A DNA stretch of 64,000 bases from Bdellovibrionales bacterium (lineage in GTDB: Bacteria; Bdellovibrionota; UBA1018), in contig JAEUWC010000016.1 in NCBI GenBank assembly GCA_016786465.1, positions 146,422 through 210,421 on the forward strand. Reading direction: 5' to 3'. This document shows positions 47,389 through 57,259 of this stretch, piece by piece. The notes under the pieces were generated by a model. The model searched no databases, was not told where the DNA came from, and saw nothing but the letters and a program-made list of their open reading frames with translations. A program made the translations under genes and the position numbers. Position 1 is the first letter of the stretch; every line of letters begins with the position of its first letter.

Positions 47389-48684
47389 TTACGGGCTGTT
47401 ATTGCGGCTTTTCTGAGCAGTTTTTGCTTCGATCCAGCGCGAAAAATAGTCCGTCGAACGAAGCTGGTTCATCCATAGGATTTCCTGAATCCAATGGAAT
47501 GGTTCCGAGCCCTTTCGAACAGGGTGAAGCAGTTTTTGAAAATCTGACCGAAACCGAACGTCAATAGCTTGACTCGTATAAACCCGATTAAATGCGTCCA
47601 TGCTTCGTTGCGATCCCGTGCTCCACGCCTTCGCATCAGAAGTCATTTCTTGAATCGTCGCGACCCATTCTTGAAGATTTGCGCCCGGTACAAGACACGG
47701 GTTTTCGCTGCCTTCTGGCAGCACCCCTTCGGCACCGATTTCTGTAGTGATCACCGGTGTTCCCACTGACCAACTGTCCAAAATTTTTCCCTTTACGCCC
47801 GCACCAAACCGAATCGGGGCAACCAGGACGCGAACACTGGACAGCATCGCCCGAGAATCATCTGCCGGACCGAGAACCACGAAGCCTTCGCGAGGGTTGC
47901 TCCACGCCATTGCTTCCTTCGACGGATAGGCCCCAAAGATAGACAGGGTCGCATCGGGAATCTTTCGACGCACTTCGGGCCAAAGCTGAAACTTAAGGAA
48001 TCGAACCGCATCCAGATTCGGCGGATGCCTGAAATTCCCGATGAATCCCAATCCAATTCGCTCTGAAAAATCCTTTCGACATTCTGCCCGTTCGACGCCC
48101 AAATCGATGGGCAGTACAGAAATCTTTTTCGGATCGACCGCAAAAAAGCGCTCAAGTGCTAAGGCTTCAGAAAACGAAACCACCCAAGTCAAATCGCAAC
48201 GATGAATGGACGCCAATTCCCGGAAGGTGTCTTCGGTGAAAAGAAACTCACTCGGAATTGAAGGAATTTTTGAAATTGCTTGAAGGTCTAGACCTGAATC
48301 GTGGTTCAGATTTTTCAGCACCCATTTTTCGCGCGCACGGCGAACACTGTGCAGATCGCTGGTATCCAGGGCTGTCCAAGCGCCTGCGGCTTCTTCACGA
48401 ACGCGCGCACCAAATTGTTCTTCTACGATGAAGCGCTCAAAAACGACGCCATCGGGGCGAACTTCGCGAAGCCATTCGTTGAAACTGGAATCGTTCAGTT
48501 GAACTTCGCGGGTGATGATTCCCAGGCGATCCAGTTCGGCCTGAAATGAATTGGGTTTGCAGGCTGAACCCCAGAAAACGGTCGCCCCTGCCTTTAAAAA
48601 GTTTTTTGCTAGACCCAAAACGCGTACGCCCGCCGCCGAAGATGTCGGTTCTGGCCACACGGTGGTTAAAAACAAAACTCTCAT
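47389..48684 (-). CDS. glycosyltransferase, GT-B fold (GT4-like)
   Basis: 431 aa. N-terminus MRVLFLTTVWPEPTSSAAGVRV and a C-terminal GAGVKGKILDSWSVGTPVITT region, typical of the GT4 nucleotide-sugar binding domain. Confidence 0.65.
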   Translation of the reverse strand: MRVLFLTTVWPEPTSSAAGVRVLGLAKNFLKAGATVFWGSACKPNSFQAELDRLGIITREVQLNDSSFNEWLREVRPDGVVFERFIVEEQFGARVREEAAGAWTALDTSDLHSVRRAREKWVLKNLNHDSGLDLQAISKIPSIPSEFLFTEDTFRELASIHRCDLTWVVSFSEALALERFFAVDPKKISVLPIDLGVERAECRKDFSERIGLGFIGNFRHPPNLDAVRFLKFQLWPEVRRKIPDATLSIFGAYPSKEAMAWSNPREGFVVLGPADDSRAMLSSVRVLVAPIRFGAGVKGKILDSWSVGTPVITTEIGAEGVLPEGSENPCLVPGANLQEWVATIQEMTSDAKAWSTGSQRSMDAFNRVYTSQAIDVRFRSDFQKLLHPVRKGSEPFHWIQEILWMNQLRSTDYFSRWIEAKTAQKSRNNSP

Positions 48685-48693
48685 ACGAAAAAT

Positions 48694-49389
48694 CTAAAAG
48701 AAAAGTCGGACGCCCAACTGCGGCCCACCGCTGCCAGCCAAGCTGACTGCCGTCTTTTCAATTTCGCGAAAGTAATTTCCGTAAATCCGAAGAAACTTAA
48801 AATCGATAAATGCGCCGACTTCCGCCCGATACCCGCTAAACCGAAGCCCCGTCGAATTCGGCGTCGAATCCAAAAAGCTTCGATAAATTCCTTCGATGCC
48901 GAAATAGCGCGCAAAATAAACTGACATCCACCCACCCCATAAAGCATTTCGGTAACCCGAATTCTGCTTCACGCCCGCCTGAAGCGTCAGGTGCGTCCCC
49001 TGCATCTGATTCCCGAAAATTCGAAAATGAAAGATGCCATTCAATCGAAACTGATTTCCCGCCAGGACTTCGCGTGAAAATTCCAAACCAAAAGCGCTGG
49101 CGTACGCTACCAGTCGGTAGCTTAAACCTGTGATGTCGGGGTTTGACGCCATCGAATAATCCGTTGCCAGCGAAAATTCGAATGGGCTTGGGGTATGCAT
49201 GGACAACCAAAGGTCCATCCAACGCATCTTTTCACGGGTCTCAAGCCAATCGCTCAGGCTCCAACGGGACTTCGCCTTTTGTTCCTGCTTCTTCACAATA
49301 TTGAAGGTGTACGTTTCGTCGGCCCAAACTTCCGCGGCCGAAAGCGAAGCCATCGTCAACGCCGCCACTAACCCTAGAATTTTCTGCAT
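48694..49389 (-). CDS. outer-membrane beta-barrel protein (hypothetical)
   Basis: 231 aa. Signal peptide, alternating amphipathic strands, C-terminal aromatic residue (....GVRLFF). Confidence 0.55.
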   Translation of the reverse strand: MQKILGLVAALTMASLSAAEVWADETYTFNIVKKQEQKAKSRWSLSDWLETREKMRWMDLWLSMHTPSPFEFSLATDYSMASNPDITGLSYRLVAYASAFGLEFSREVLAGNQFRLNGIFHFRIFGNQMQGTHLTLQAGVKQNSGYRNALWGGWMSVYFARYFGIEGIYRSFLDSTPNSTGLRFSGYRAEVGAFIDFKFLRIYGNYFREIEKTAVSLAGSGGPQLGVRLFF

Positions 49390-49698
49390 GAACTCAGTCT
49401 AGAACAGGAGGTCCCAAAAAGACACCGGTCCCAAAGCGCCAGCCCTTCGTCGACCCCTAGTTCGGCACTGCTGCTTTGTTAGGTATTTGTAATTAAAGAC
49501 TTTATTGGATCTTGCCGCGCAGGTATTGGATGGCACGTCCCCTGCTGAATAGGGGTACATCAGGCTCAGGACGAGACTGTTTTTCGTTGTGCAGGGCGAG
49601 CCCATTTCAGCTCACCCAGGGACAGGAATTCAGGTTTGGCGGCCTGTAGCTCCTGTCGCAATACCAAACGTCCCGCCGAAAAACTAAGGGGTTTAGAG

Positions 49699-51783
49699 AT
49701 GAAATCCAAGATCTTGTTAGCATTAGGAGTGCTGTCAGCACCGACTGCAGCCAGCGCGCAATACCGATATTACGACGGACCTCCGGTCGACATTCACTTT
49801 GAATCGACCAAACCGGCCAAGTACGCCGTCTGCGATAAGTACCTTCAAGACACCACCGCACGCCGCTACGCCGCGTGTGAATTCGGACGCGACGAAGCTG
49901 AACGCATGGCCGTTCGCTTTGGCGGAGGAAACGGAAAAATTCAGGGCTACCTTCGCGGCTTTGCTTGGGGAATGCACAAGATGTCCGACGCGTATGAAAA
50001 CGACGCTTCTGAAATGATCGCCGGCGAAAAAATGGTCGGATCGATTGGATCGACCATGCAAGCCGGCTTAGACGCCGGGATCAGGGCCGGTCAACAGCAG
50101 GGTTCGCCCCGCGGTCTTTCTGATGCGATTGCCCGCTTTGAAGCCGTTGTGAACAAGGGCCTTCAACCTGATTCGAAGCTCATTGTTCCAACCGTCACCT
50201 ATGCCGGGGAAAAAGATGCTTATCAAAAATTCGTCGGACCGGTTCCGACTTCTCAACAGATCATCCAAAACGAAATCAAGCCGGGTGAACTTCAGATTTA
50301 CTCGACCTGGGATGATGTCTTCCTTGGAGAACGCAAGCCCCTGACCGTTTGGGATCTCTGGTTCTCGGACGGAGTCTACAAGTTCGAAAAAGCCTACTGG
50401 TATGACCAGTCATTGGCGATGGAAACCTGGTTCAAACGTCCGATCGATACTCGTCCGAAGTATGACCAGCTGAACATTCCAGCCCTGGTGGATATCCAAG
50501 GCCAGCAGGTCGACCTTCAGGCGGTCTTCCGCGACGCCTTCATCAGTTCGTATTCCTACTACGTGAACTACAACTTTTCGTCGCAGTTCAAAGTGGCCAT
50601 GGATGACGGAATGCTGGCTGGCCAGATGATTGGAACCCAAGTTGGAAAACGCGTCGCCCAGTACAAGGGACTGGTTCGCGCCTACAACGACAAGTTCCAG
50701 CAAAGTTCGCTTCAGACTTTCCAAGCGGCTTTTGCAAAGGCCTACACGGATTCGTTCAACACGACTTTTGCGGATTACAGCAACAATCCGAAACTTTCGA
50801 TTGAACTTTTGCAGGCAATTGGTGCCGACAATGACGGGATCCTTCAACCTGGTGAAGAAATTTCCTTGGAAATCAAGATTCGTAACTCGGGAGGAAAAGG
50901 TACTAATCTGACCATCGGCGCAGGTGGAAACATCATCGACGCAGTTCAGTCGACGGGAACCATTACCGCCCTTCAGGAAAAGACGATCACCACCGGAATC
51001 CTGGCTAAGATCGATCCTAGATTGAAGACCCGGAATTCCGCACGAATTCTAGTGACCATCAACGGCCTGACCGACGAAATCAATCGCACGGTGAATCGTA
51101 TGATGCAGCTAGCATCCACCAAGCAGACCTTGGATCTTCTGAACGGTTCGGGATCCTTGATCGTGCAGGTGATCAACACTTCAACCGTTCGTTCCCCAAG
51201 CAACGTGACTGCAACGCTACAGATCAATGGTCGCGATGTGGAAACTCAGAACTTGGGATTGGTTTCGGCCGGAGCAACGCAGGAAACTGCGCTGAACTTC
51301 ACCCAAATCGACCCACTGGATCTGATTCATTCGCAAATCAAAGCCAGTGTGATCCTAAGAATGGGAACCTTGAATTCGGACCAGACATCTGAAGTCATTG
51401 CCATCGGCGACGCAAACGAAGCCCTGGTCGACTACTTCAACGGACTGGCGAACAACAAGGCCTTCACCCCAATTCAAAAGGGCCGCGATCACCAGATCGA
51501 CCTGGTTTCTGAAGAATTGGTCAGTGAAAACAACCAGGAAACTCGCGAACTGAAGAAAGGCAAGAACCAGTTCAAGAAGAATCCTGATTCAACGATCATC
51601 GGTGATTTGGTGAAAACCTTCGAAACCAACGTTCAGACGTCAGATGCGAAGAATCGCTACAACACCTTGGCAAAAGCCTTGTGGCCTGCACGCAAGAACC
51701 TAAAGAACTTCTTGTTCTTCGGCGGAAAGCGCAAAAGCTACGAAAAGCTGGTTCGCCGAATTGCTCAGTCTGACTTGAAATAA
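49699..51783 (+). CDS. hypothetical secreted protein
   Basis: SD AAGGGG before MKSKILLALGVLSAPTAASA. About 694 aa, no recognised domain. Followed by a rho-independent terminator. Confidence 0.6.
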   Translation: MKSKILLALGVLSAPTAASAQYRYYDGPPVDIHFESTKPAKYAVCDKYLQDTTARRYAACEFGRDEAERMAVRFGGGNGKIQGYLRGFAWGMHKMSDAYENDASEMIAGEKMVGSIGSTMQAGLDAGIRAGQQQGSPRGLSDAIARFEAVVNKGLQPDSKLIVPTVTYAGEKDAYQKFVGPVPTSQQIIQNEIKPGELQIYSTWDDVFLGERKPLTVWDLWFSDGVYKFEKAYWYDQSLAMETWFKRPIDTRPKYDQLNIPALVDIQGQQVDLQAVFRDAFISSYSYYVNYNFSSQFKVAMDDGMLAGQMIGTQVGKRVAQYKGLVRAYNDKFQQSSLQTFQAAFAKAYTDSFNTTFADYSNNPKLSIELLQAIGADNDGILQPGEEISLEIKIRNSGGKGTNLTIGAGGNIIDAVQSTGTITALQEKTITTGILAKIDPRLKTRNSARILVTINGLTDEINRTVNRMMQLASTKQTLDLLNGSGSLIVQVINTSTVRSPSNVTATLQINGRDVETQNLGLVSAGATQETALNFTQIDPLDLIHSQIKASVILRMGTLNSDQTSEVIAIGDANEALVDYFNGLANNKAFTPIQKGRDHQIDLVSEELVSENNQETRELKKGKNQFKKNPDSTIIGDLVKTFETNVQTSDAKNRYNTLAKALWPARKNLKNFLFFGGKRKSYEKLVRRIAQSDLK

Positions 51784-51806
51784 GTAAAAAGAGAGAGAGT
51801 GAGTTG

Positions 51807-51848
51807 CCCGGCCGGATCTTTTTGAAGAAGATCCGGCCGGGTTTTTTT
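51807..51848 (+). terminator. rho-independent terminator
   Basis: Perfect 14-bp stem cccggccggatctt / aagatccggccggg with a 7-nt loop, followed by a TTTTTTT run. Lies 24 nt after the stop at 51783 and is preceded by a (GA)4 tract. Confidence 0.75.
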
Positions 51849-51873
51849 ATAGAACAATTTCCGCTAGAATGGC

Positions 51874-52779
51874 TTGATGCCCACCCTTGCCTTTGCAACC
51901 GATAGCCGCCACCCGAACGGCGGCGACGATGATACGGATCTTCGCGCTTGCCTGACTGAAGCAGGGATTTCGGTAGAACTGCCCGTTTGGGATGACCCTA
52001 ATATCGACTGGAAGAAATACGATCTGATTCTTCCAAGGTCGATCTGGGATTACCCATCCAAGCACCCGGCCTTTCTGACTTGGCTTGAAAGGTTGAAACG
52101 CTTGGGCGCACCTGTTCAGAATCCAACGCCCCTTCTGGCGTGGAATTCGAATAAAGTTTACTTGAAGGAACTGTCTGAAGCAGGGGTCCCTGTTTTGAAA
52201 ACCCGATGGGAAGCCCCGAAATCGAAGTCGGATCTAGAAGAAATCGTCGGCACGCTTTCCAACCAGCACGAATGGATTCTGAAACCTTCGGTTTCATCGG
52301 GCGCGGACTTGACCCTGCGCTATCACCCTGCCCAGACAGGAAGCGCCAAACCAGTTCAAGGTTGGATAAATTCTTGGGTCGGTGAAAAACTGAATCAGAA
52401 AGACTGTCTTCTTATGATTCAGCGTTTCGAAAAAGAAATCCTGAAATCCGGAGAAACCTCGCTTCTGTACTTTGGGGGAATTTTTCAATACGCAATTCGA
52501 AAGCAAGCCCAGGGCGAAGACTTCAGAACGCAGCCCAACTTTGGTGCAAAACTGACCCAAGTCAAAGCCACAGACGATCAGTTAAATGTCGGAAATCAAG
52601 TATTGAAACACGTTCATCGGATCGACAAGACCCTTTATGCACGAGTGGATCTGATTCAATCCGAAGGAAAACCCGCCTGCATTGAAGCAGAACTGGTCGA
52701 ACCCAATCTTTTTCTTCGTTACACCGATTCCAAACAGAACCATCTGGCGTTGGCAGCGGAAATCAAGAAACTAGTTTAA
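51874..52779 (+). CDS. ATP-grasp domain protein (GshB/RimK-like)
   Basis: 301 aa with a small N-terminal domain then ATP-grasp-like pattern (KVYLKEL..GVPVLKT, WILKPSVSSGADL, ARVDLIQSEG.PACIEAELVEPNL). Confidence 0.5.
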   Translation: MMPTLAFATDSRHPNGGDDDTDLRACLTEAGISVELPVWDDPNIDWKKYDLILPRSIWDYPSKHPAFLTWLERLKRLGAPVQNPTPLLAWNSNKVYLKELSEAGVPVLKTRWEAPKSKSDLEEIVGTLSNQHEWILKPSVSSGADLTLRYHPAQTGSAKPVQGWINSWVGEKLNQKDCLLMIQRFEKEILKSGETSLLYFGGIFQYAIRKQAQGEDFRTQPNFGAKLTQVKATDDQLNVGNQVLKHVHRIDKTLYARVDLIQSEGKPACIEAELVEPNLFLRYTDSKQNHLALAAEIKKLV

Positions 52780-53577
52780 ACGGATCTGAACCCCAAGCCC
52801 GGTACTGCTTCCTGCAAGAATCGGAAACAGTTGATAGCGTGCAACGCCTTCGTCATCCTTCTGGCCCCACTGCCCATCCAAACCAAATGCGTAACCCAAC
52901 CCCAACGTCGCACCGAAAAGTACGTCATGAAGGTAGTGAGCATTATCATTCATCCTGGAAAACCCGATAAAGCTGGCAACCGCGAAAGATCCCACCCCCC
53001 AAGCAATGCCATGATTTCGATAGATGACACCTGCCATGACAAACGCATTTGAAGCATGACCACTTGGAAAAGAACCGAAGTCTCCGCCTCGACGCGGACG
53101 CTCTTCCATGTGAAGCGCTTTCAGTCCCTGCGTCAGCAAAGAAGTGTAGATCGAAGCGCGCGCCATCAAGATCGCCTTGCCATAGGCCGCGGAATCGCCC
53201 GAAATCCATCCATAAAGTGAAACACCTGCTACATAGGCGACGTTGGATCGCCAGAATCCCAGCTGGTAACCGATGTTCGAGGCTTCCCCCAGTGGGCGGC
53301 TTTCGGCGATGTCTTTCTGAAACGAAGTTTTACTTAAGGGGTACGTGGTCAGCGAAAGCACGGTTCCGCCGATCATCAATCGGGGTTTACGGATCGGCGC
53401 AATCAGATCGCGCCCTAGGTTTTCAAGCTGCGTGGAAACATCACCCGCCTGGGATGACGCCGGAAAAACCAGCCCAACGATCAGAAGAAGTTTAAGGCGA
53501 ATCAGAAGGGACCTGCGAAGGAAGTGGAGACGGGACCGGAGTCTCGGCCGCTTCTGCTTCAGGAACCCCTTTTTCAA
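52771..53577 (-). CDS. PAP2-superfamily phosphatase (membrane/secreted)
   Basis: PAP2 motifs PSGHASNAF and SRMNDNAHYLHDVLFG (SRx5Hx3D). Signal/TM at the N-terminus. Confidence 0.75.
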   Translation of the reverse strand: MKKGFLKQKRPRLRSRLHFLRRSLLIRLKLLLIVGLVFPASSQAGDVSTQLENLGRDLIAPIRKPRLMIGGTVLSLTTYPLSKTSFQKDIAESRPLGEASNIGYQLGFWRSNVAYVAGVSLYGWISGDSAAYGKAILMARASIYTSLLTQGLKALHMEERPRRGGDFGSFPSGHASNAFVMAGVIYRNHGIAWGVGSFAVASFIGFSRMNDNAHYLHDVLFGATLGLGYAFGLDGQWGQKDDEGVARYQLFPILAGSSTGLGVQIRLN

Positions 53578-54643
53578 GCGATCCCAAAGTCAGTTTGACC
53601 GACCCAAACTTCACCTTGGCTTCCATCTTTACGGGGTAGCGGCGTTCATCGTCCGTAATCCAAAGATAGATTTCGCCTTTTTTCTGAAGTTCTCCGTTCA
53701 AGTAAATTTCCGGCTTTAGCACGAAACAATCGCGATCGCCCAAGATTGTAGAAATGTTTTCGCGTCGAAGGACATTGGCTTCGACGACCCAATTTTTTCC
53801 TTCGGTCACTGCAGGAACCTTGATCTTGTCCCCGACTTTCAAGGGAATCATCCGAACAAAGTGAATCAAAGAAATGGAATCCTGAGAAAACGGAACCATT
53901 TCTTTGAATTCTTTGGTTTCTACATAACCTTTTTTCACGTGATTCCATCGGTTCCAATAGAACGTTTGCTTACGAACTGAATCATTCAATTCCAACGCAT
54001 CCCGAGTCTGGTCTTTTTCATCCAAGACCATGTGATATCGGTGCGAAAAAAGACCTTCGTAATCCCAAAAGCTTTCGATCGAATCGTTGATCCGATGAAC
54101 CATATTGAAAACGGACGTCGATTCGATTTTCAAAAGGTGATGGTACACCTTGCGGCTGTTTACGAATTTAAACGGTAATTGTTGGATCGTCAGTTCTGCT
54201 GCCGTGACGCCTAGATAGCTCACGTCCATTTTCAAAACTTCTCCCCGAAGAATCGGGTCGACTGCGGGGCGACGGCTGGGAAACTTAAACTTCGCGGCCG
54301 CTTTTTCTGCGGCTTTTTCCGCCGCTTTTTCCTTCTTCGATTTGGCTTTTTTCTTCAGGGGCTTTCCCGTCACGGGATCGGTTGCTTCGGGAACCGGAAT
54401 CACAGGTTCACCCACGGAATTTCGAACTGCGAACTGTTCTTCCAGTTCTTTAGGCAATAAAGCGTCGGAAGGTTCGATTCGCTTTAAAGTCCTGCCCCCG
54501 CAGCCGGGCAAAAGTGTAAACACTGCGATCACCCAAAAGGTGACCAAGAAAACACTAGCCGAAAGCGAAGGAGCGGTCCTAGACGTGATCACCGACTTTT
54601 CCGAAGAAACCCGTCTTGGTTCAGAAGCCCGTCGATCGACCAA
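53492..54643 (-). CDS. hypothetical lipoprotein with Lys/Ala-rich segment
   Basis: Lipobox LLPGCGG. Basic repeat segment KKKAKSKKEKAAEKAAEKAAAK. Remaining ~250 aa has no recognised domain. Start uncertain; the 5' end overlaps doxX. Confidence 0.5.
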   Translation of the reverse strand: MVDRRASEPRRVSSEKSVITSRTAPSLSASVFLVTFWVIAVFTLLPGCGGRTLKRIEPSDALLPKELEEQFAVRNSVGEPVIPVPEATDPVTGKPLKKKAKSKKEKAAEKAAEKAAAKFKFPSRRPAVDPILRGEVLKMDVSYLGVTAAELTIQQLPFKFVNSRKVYHHLLKIESTSVFNMVHRINDSIESFWDYEGLFSHRYHMVLDEKDQTRDALELNDSVRKQTFYWNRWNHVKKGYVETKEFKEMVPFSQDSISLIHFVRMIPLKVGDKIKVPAVTEGKNWVVEANVLRRENISTILGDRDCFVLKPEIYLNGELQKKGEIYLWITDDERRYPVKMEAKVKFGSVKLTLGSLEKGVPEAEAAETPVPSPLPSQVPSDSP

Positions 54644-54987
54644 TTCCCTGCACCGTTCATAAAGATCAAAGCAAAACCCACCAGGTAAAGCCCCGATAGT
54701 TCACGATGCGAAAACGGATCGTTTCCATGAATAATAAAAAACGCCACCGCCATGGTGACCAAAAGGGGAATCGCCGCCAAACGTGTTGCGAATCCTGCCA
54801 TCACCGCAATCGCACAAAAGAATTCTGCGAAAATCGCCAGAATTAAACTGACCTTTGAACCCATTCCGAAAACACTGGGAAAGGTCGCCGACTTGGTTTG
54901 AAAGTGGACCAGTTTTTCCATTCCATGTCCGAAAGCCATGGACCCTGCTAAAACGACACGAAAGATCAGGAAGCTCAGGTGGTTCAT
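54589..54987 (-). CDS. DoxX-family membrane protein
   Basis: 132 aa, four hydrophobic helices with DoxX-like composition. Confidence 0.55.
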   Translation of the reverse strand: MNHLSFLIFRVVLAGSMAFGHGMEKLVHFQTKSATFPSVFGMGSKVSLILAIFAEFFCAIAVMAGFATRLAAIPLLVTMAVAFFIIHGNDPFSHRELSGLYLVGFALIFMNGAGNWSIDGLLNQDGFLRKSR

Positions 54988-55012
54988 CCCCTGATTATGA
55001 CCTTGGACGCCC

Positions 55013-55450
55013 TCAAGCGTCAGCTAAAATTCGACCTAGGATCTTTGCGGATTCCAGGCAAGCCGAAGCGGCCTCGCGTCCCTTATTGTGGGCATCATTT
55101 CTAGAACGGACCACCGCTTGTTCATCGGTATAGGTCGTCAGGATTCCGAACGTAATTGGCGTTTCCGTTTCCAAGCTAGCCGTCATGATTCCGACGGTCG
55201 CCCCCAGGCTGATGAATTCAAAATGGGCCGTATCCCCCTTGATGACGCAGCCCAGACAAATGACCCCGGCGTATTTTCCGGTTTGGGCCAGTTTCTTTGC
55301 CAAAAGCGGCATTTCAAATGCCCCGGGCGCCAGAAAGACGTCCTTAGGTTGAATCGCAACGCCACTTTCGGCCAAAAACTTTTCCGCGCCTTGCCGAAGG
55401 CCCGAAGTCACTTCTTGATTGAACTGGCTGACGATCATCGCAAAACGCAT
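55013..55450 (-). CDS. ribH: 6,7-dimethyl-8-ribityllumazine synthase
   Basis: 145 aa. MRFAMIVSQFN...GAFEMP...VICLGCVIKGDTAHFEF is the typical RibH signature. Confidence 0.9.
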   Translation of the reverse strand: MRFAMIVSQFNQEVTSGLRQGAEKFLAESGVAIQPKDVFLAPGAFEMPLLAKKLAQTGKYAGVICLGCVIKGDTAHFEFISLGATVGIMTASLETETPITFGILTTYTDEQAVVRSRNDAHNKGREAASACLESAKILGRILADA

Positions 55451-55458
55451 AGCTTCAC

Positions 55459-56658
55459 CTATTTTTTCTTCAGTTGATGGCCCATCTTGTCGCGCTTCAC
55501 GTTTAGGTAATTCTGATTGTGAACATTGGGTTCAACTTCAATCGGCACGCGATCGACAATTTCAAGATCGTAACCATCCAGACCAACGACCTTCTTTGGA
55601 TTATTGGTCAAAAGGCGAATTTTTTTCACGCCCAACATCTTCAAAATTTGTGCGCCCATTCCGTAATGTCGCAAGTCGGCCTGAAATCCCAGATGTCGAT
55701 TGGCTTCGACCGTATCCATTCCGCTGTCCTGAAGTTCATAAGCGCGAATCTTGTTGGCTAGACCAATTCCACGGCCTTCGTGGCGCCGCATGTAGACCAA
55801 GACCCCGTTTTCGGCTTCCGAAATCTGTTTCAGTGCTGCTTGAAGCTGCGGGCCGCAATCACAGCGAAGCGAACCCAAGGCATCACCCGTTAGACATTCG
55901 GAATGGACCCGAACCAAAGTTGGACTTTGGATCTTTCCTTTGACCAAGGCCAAGTGTTCGGTGTCGTCCAGACGTGAACGAAATGCATACAAAGTAAATT
56001 CTTCGCTTCCGTAAACGGAAGGAAACTTGGTTTTTGCCACCTGTTCCACCAGGCTGTCGCGACGCATGCGTTCTGCGATCAAGTCCTTGATGGCGTAAAT
56101 CGGCAGACCATGCTTTTGGGCGAAGTCTTTAAGATCCTGCATTCGGGCCATCGTGCCGTCGGGATTCATGATTTCGCAGATCACGGCACCCGGGTTCAAA
56201 CCCGCCAAGCGCACCAAATCCACAGAACCTTCCGTATGCCCTGCGCGAACCAAGACGCCGCCTTCCTGGGCTCGAAGGGGAAAAATATGCCCCGGAGAAA
56301 TCAAATCATCAGGCTGGGTTTTAGGGTCAACCGCAACGCGAATAGTGTGAGCGCGATCACCGGCAGAAATTCCAGTAGAAACGCCCGAACGGGCTTCAAT
56401 CGAAACCGTGAACGCGGTCTGCTTGGGCGACCGGTTACGCGAGGTCATCATTTCCAAACCCAGTTGATCCACGCGCTTTCCTTCCAGCGCCAGACAGATC
56501 AGCCCGCGTGCATGGGTGGCCATGAAATTGATGGCTTCCGGGGTCGCAAATTCGGCGGCCAAAACCAGGTCACCTTCGTTTTCACGGTCTTCGTCATCGA
56601 CCAAGATGACCATCTTGCCGTTTCGGATCTGATCGACCGCTTCTTTCAAGCTAACCAT
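55459..56658 (-). CDS. ribBA: bifunctional 3,4-dihydroxy-2-butanone-4-phosphate synthase / GTP cyclohydrolase II
   Basis: RibB N-terminal domain ([16 protein letters not shown]) and GTP cyclohydrolase II domain with a zinc-binding CDCG motif. Confidence 0.9.
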   Translation of the reverse strand: MVSLKEAVDQIRNGKMVILVDDEDRENEGDLVLAAEFATPEAINFMATHARGLICLALEGKRVDQLGLEMMTSRNRSPKQTAFTVSIEARSGVSTGISAGDRAHTIRVAVDPKTQPDDLISPGHIFPLRAQEGGVLVRAGHTEGSVDLVRLAGLNPGAVICEIMNPDGTMARMQDLKDFAQKHGLPIYAIKDLIAERMRRDSLVEQVAKTKFPSVYGSEEFTLYAFRSRLDDTEHLALVKGKIQSPTLVRVHSECLTGDALGSLRCDCGPQLQAALKQISEAENGVLVYMRRHEGRGIGLANKIRAYELQDSGMDTVEANRHLGFQADLRHYGMGAQILKMLGVKKIRLLTNNPKKVVGLDGYDLEIVDRVPIEVEPNVHNQNYLNVKRDKMGHQLKKK

Positions 56659-57259
56659 GGGTGCGTGACCTCAACATTTTTTCGACGTACTTCGCGATGA
56701 CGTCCACTTCCAGGTGAACTGCGTCCCCATCGCGAATTTCTGAAAGCTGCGTGTTTTCCCAAGTGTGGGGAATGATGTGAACCTGAAATTCATTTTTCGC
56801 TTCATCGATTTCGTTGATCGTCAGGCTGATCCCGTTGATCGCAATCGAACCTTTCGAAACCAAGTACCGCGAAAGTTCGGCAGGAACTGAAAACCAAAGT
56901 TCGCGAGAAACTCCGTTTGGCGTTTGAAAGGTTTTCGAACGCAAAAACTTTCCAACCCCGTCGACGTGGCCTTGCACGTAATGACCTGAAAGACGGGTCG
57001 TGGGCAAAAGCGCTCTTTCCAAATTCACCTTTGCGCCGACCTTCAAATTTCCCAAAGCCGTCTTTGAAAGGGTTTCTAGGCTGACAAAAAAATCCAACCG
57101 GCCGGCCTGCGTGGTCGTCAGGCAAACTCCGTTAACGGCCACACTTTCTCCGGTCAAAACATCCGAAAAATCGGCATCGACCTGAATGCGCATCGCCTGC
57201 GATTCGGTCTTTTCAATGGCCCGGACGCGTCCGGTTTTTTCAATGATTCCAGTAAACAT
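56651..57259 (-). CDS. ribE: riboflavin synthase alpha subunit
   Basis: N-terminus MFTGIIEKTGRV and two lumazine-binding repeats. Confidence 0.85.
   Translation of the reverse strand: MFTGIIEKTGRVRAIEKTESQAMRIQVDADFSDVLTGESVAVNGVCLTTTQAGRLDFFVSLETLSKTALGNLKVGAKVNLERALLPTTRLSGHYVQGHVDGVGKFLRSKTFQTPNGVSRELWFSVPAELSRYLVSKGSIAINGISLTINEIDEAKNEFQVHIIPHTWENTQLSEIRDGDAVHLEVDVIAKYVEKMLRSRTHG

Noticed and set aside
56110-56700. 196-aa plus-strand ORF antisense to ribBA
   Set aside because: ribBA is unambiguous (RibB and GTP cyclohydrolase II motifs), and the antisense product is low-complexity Arg/Gly-rich.
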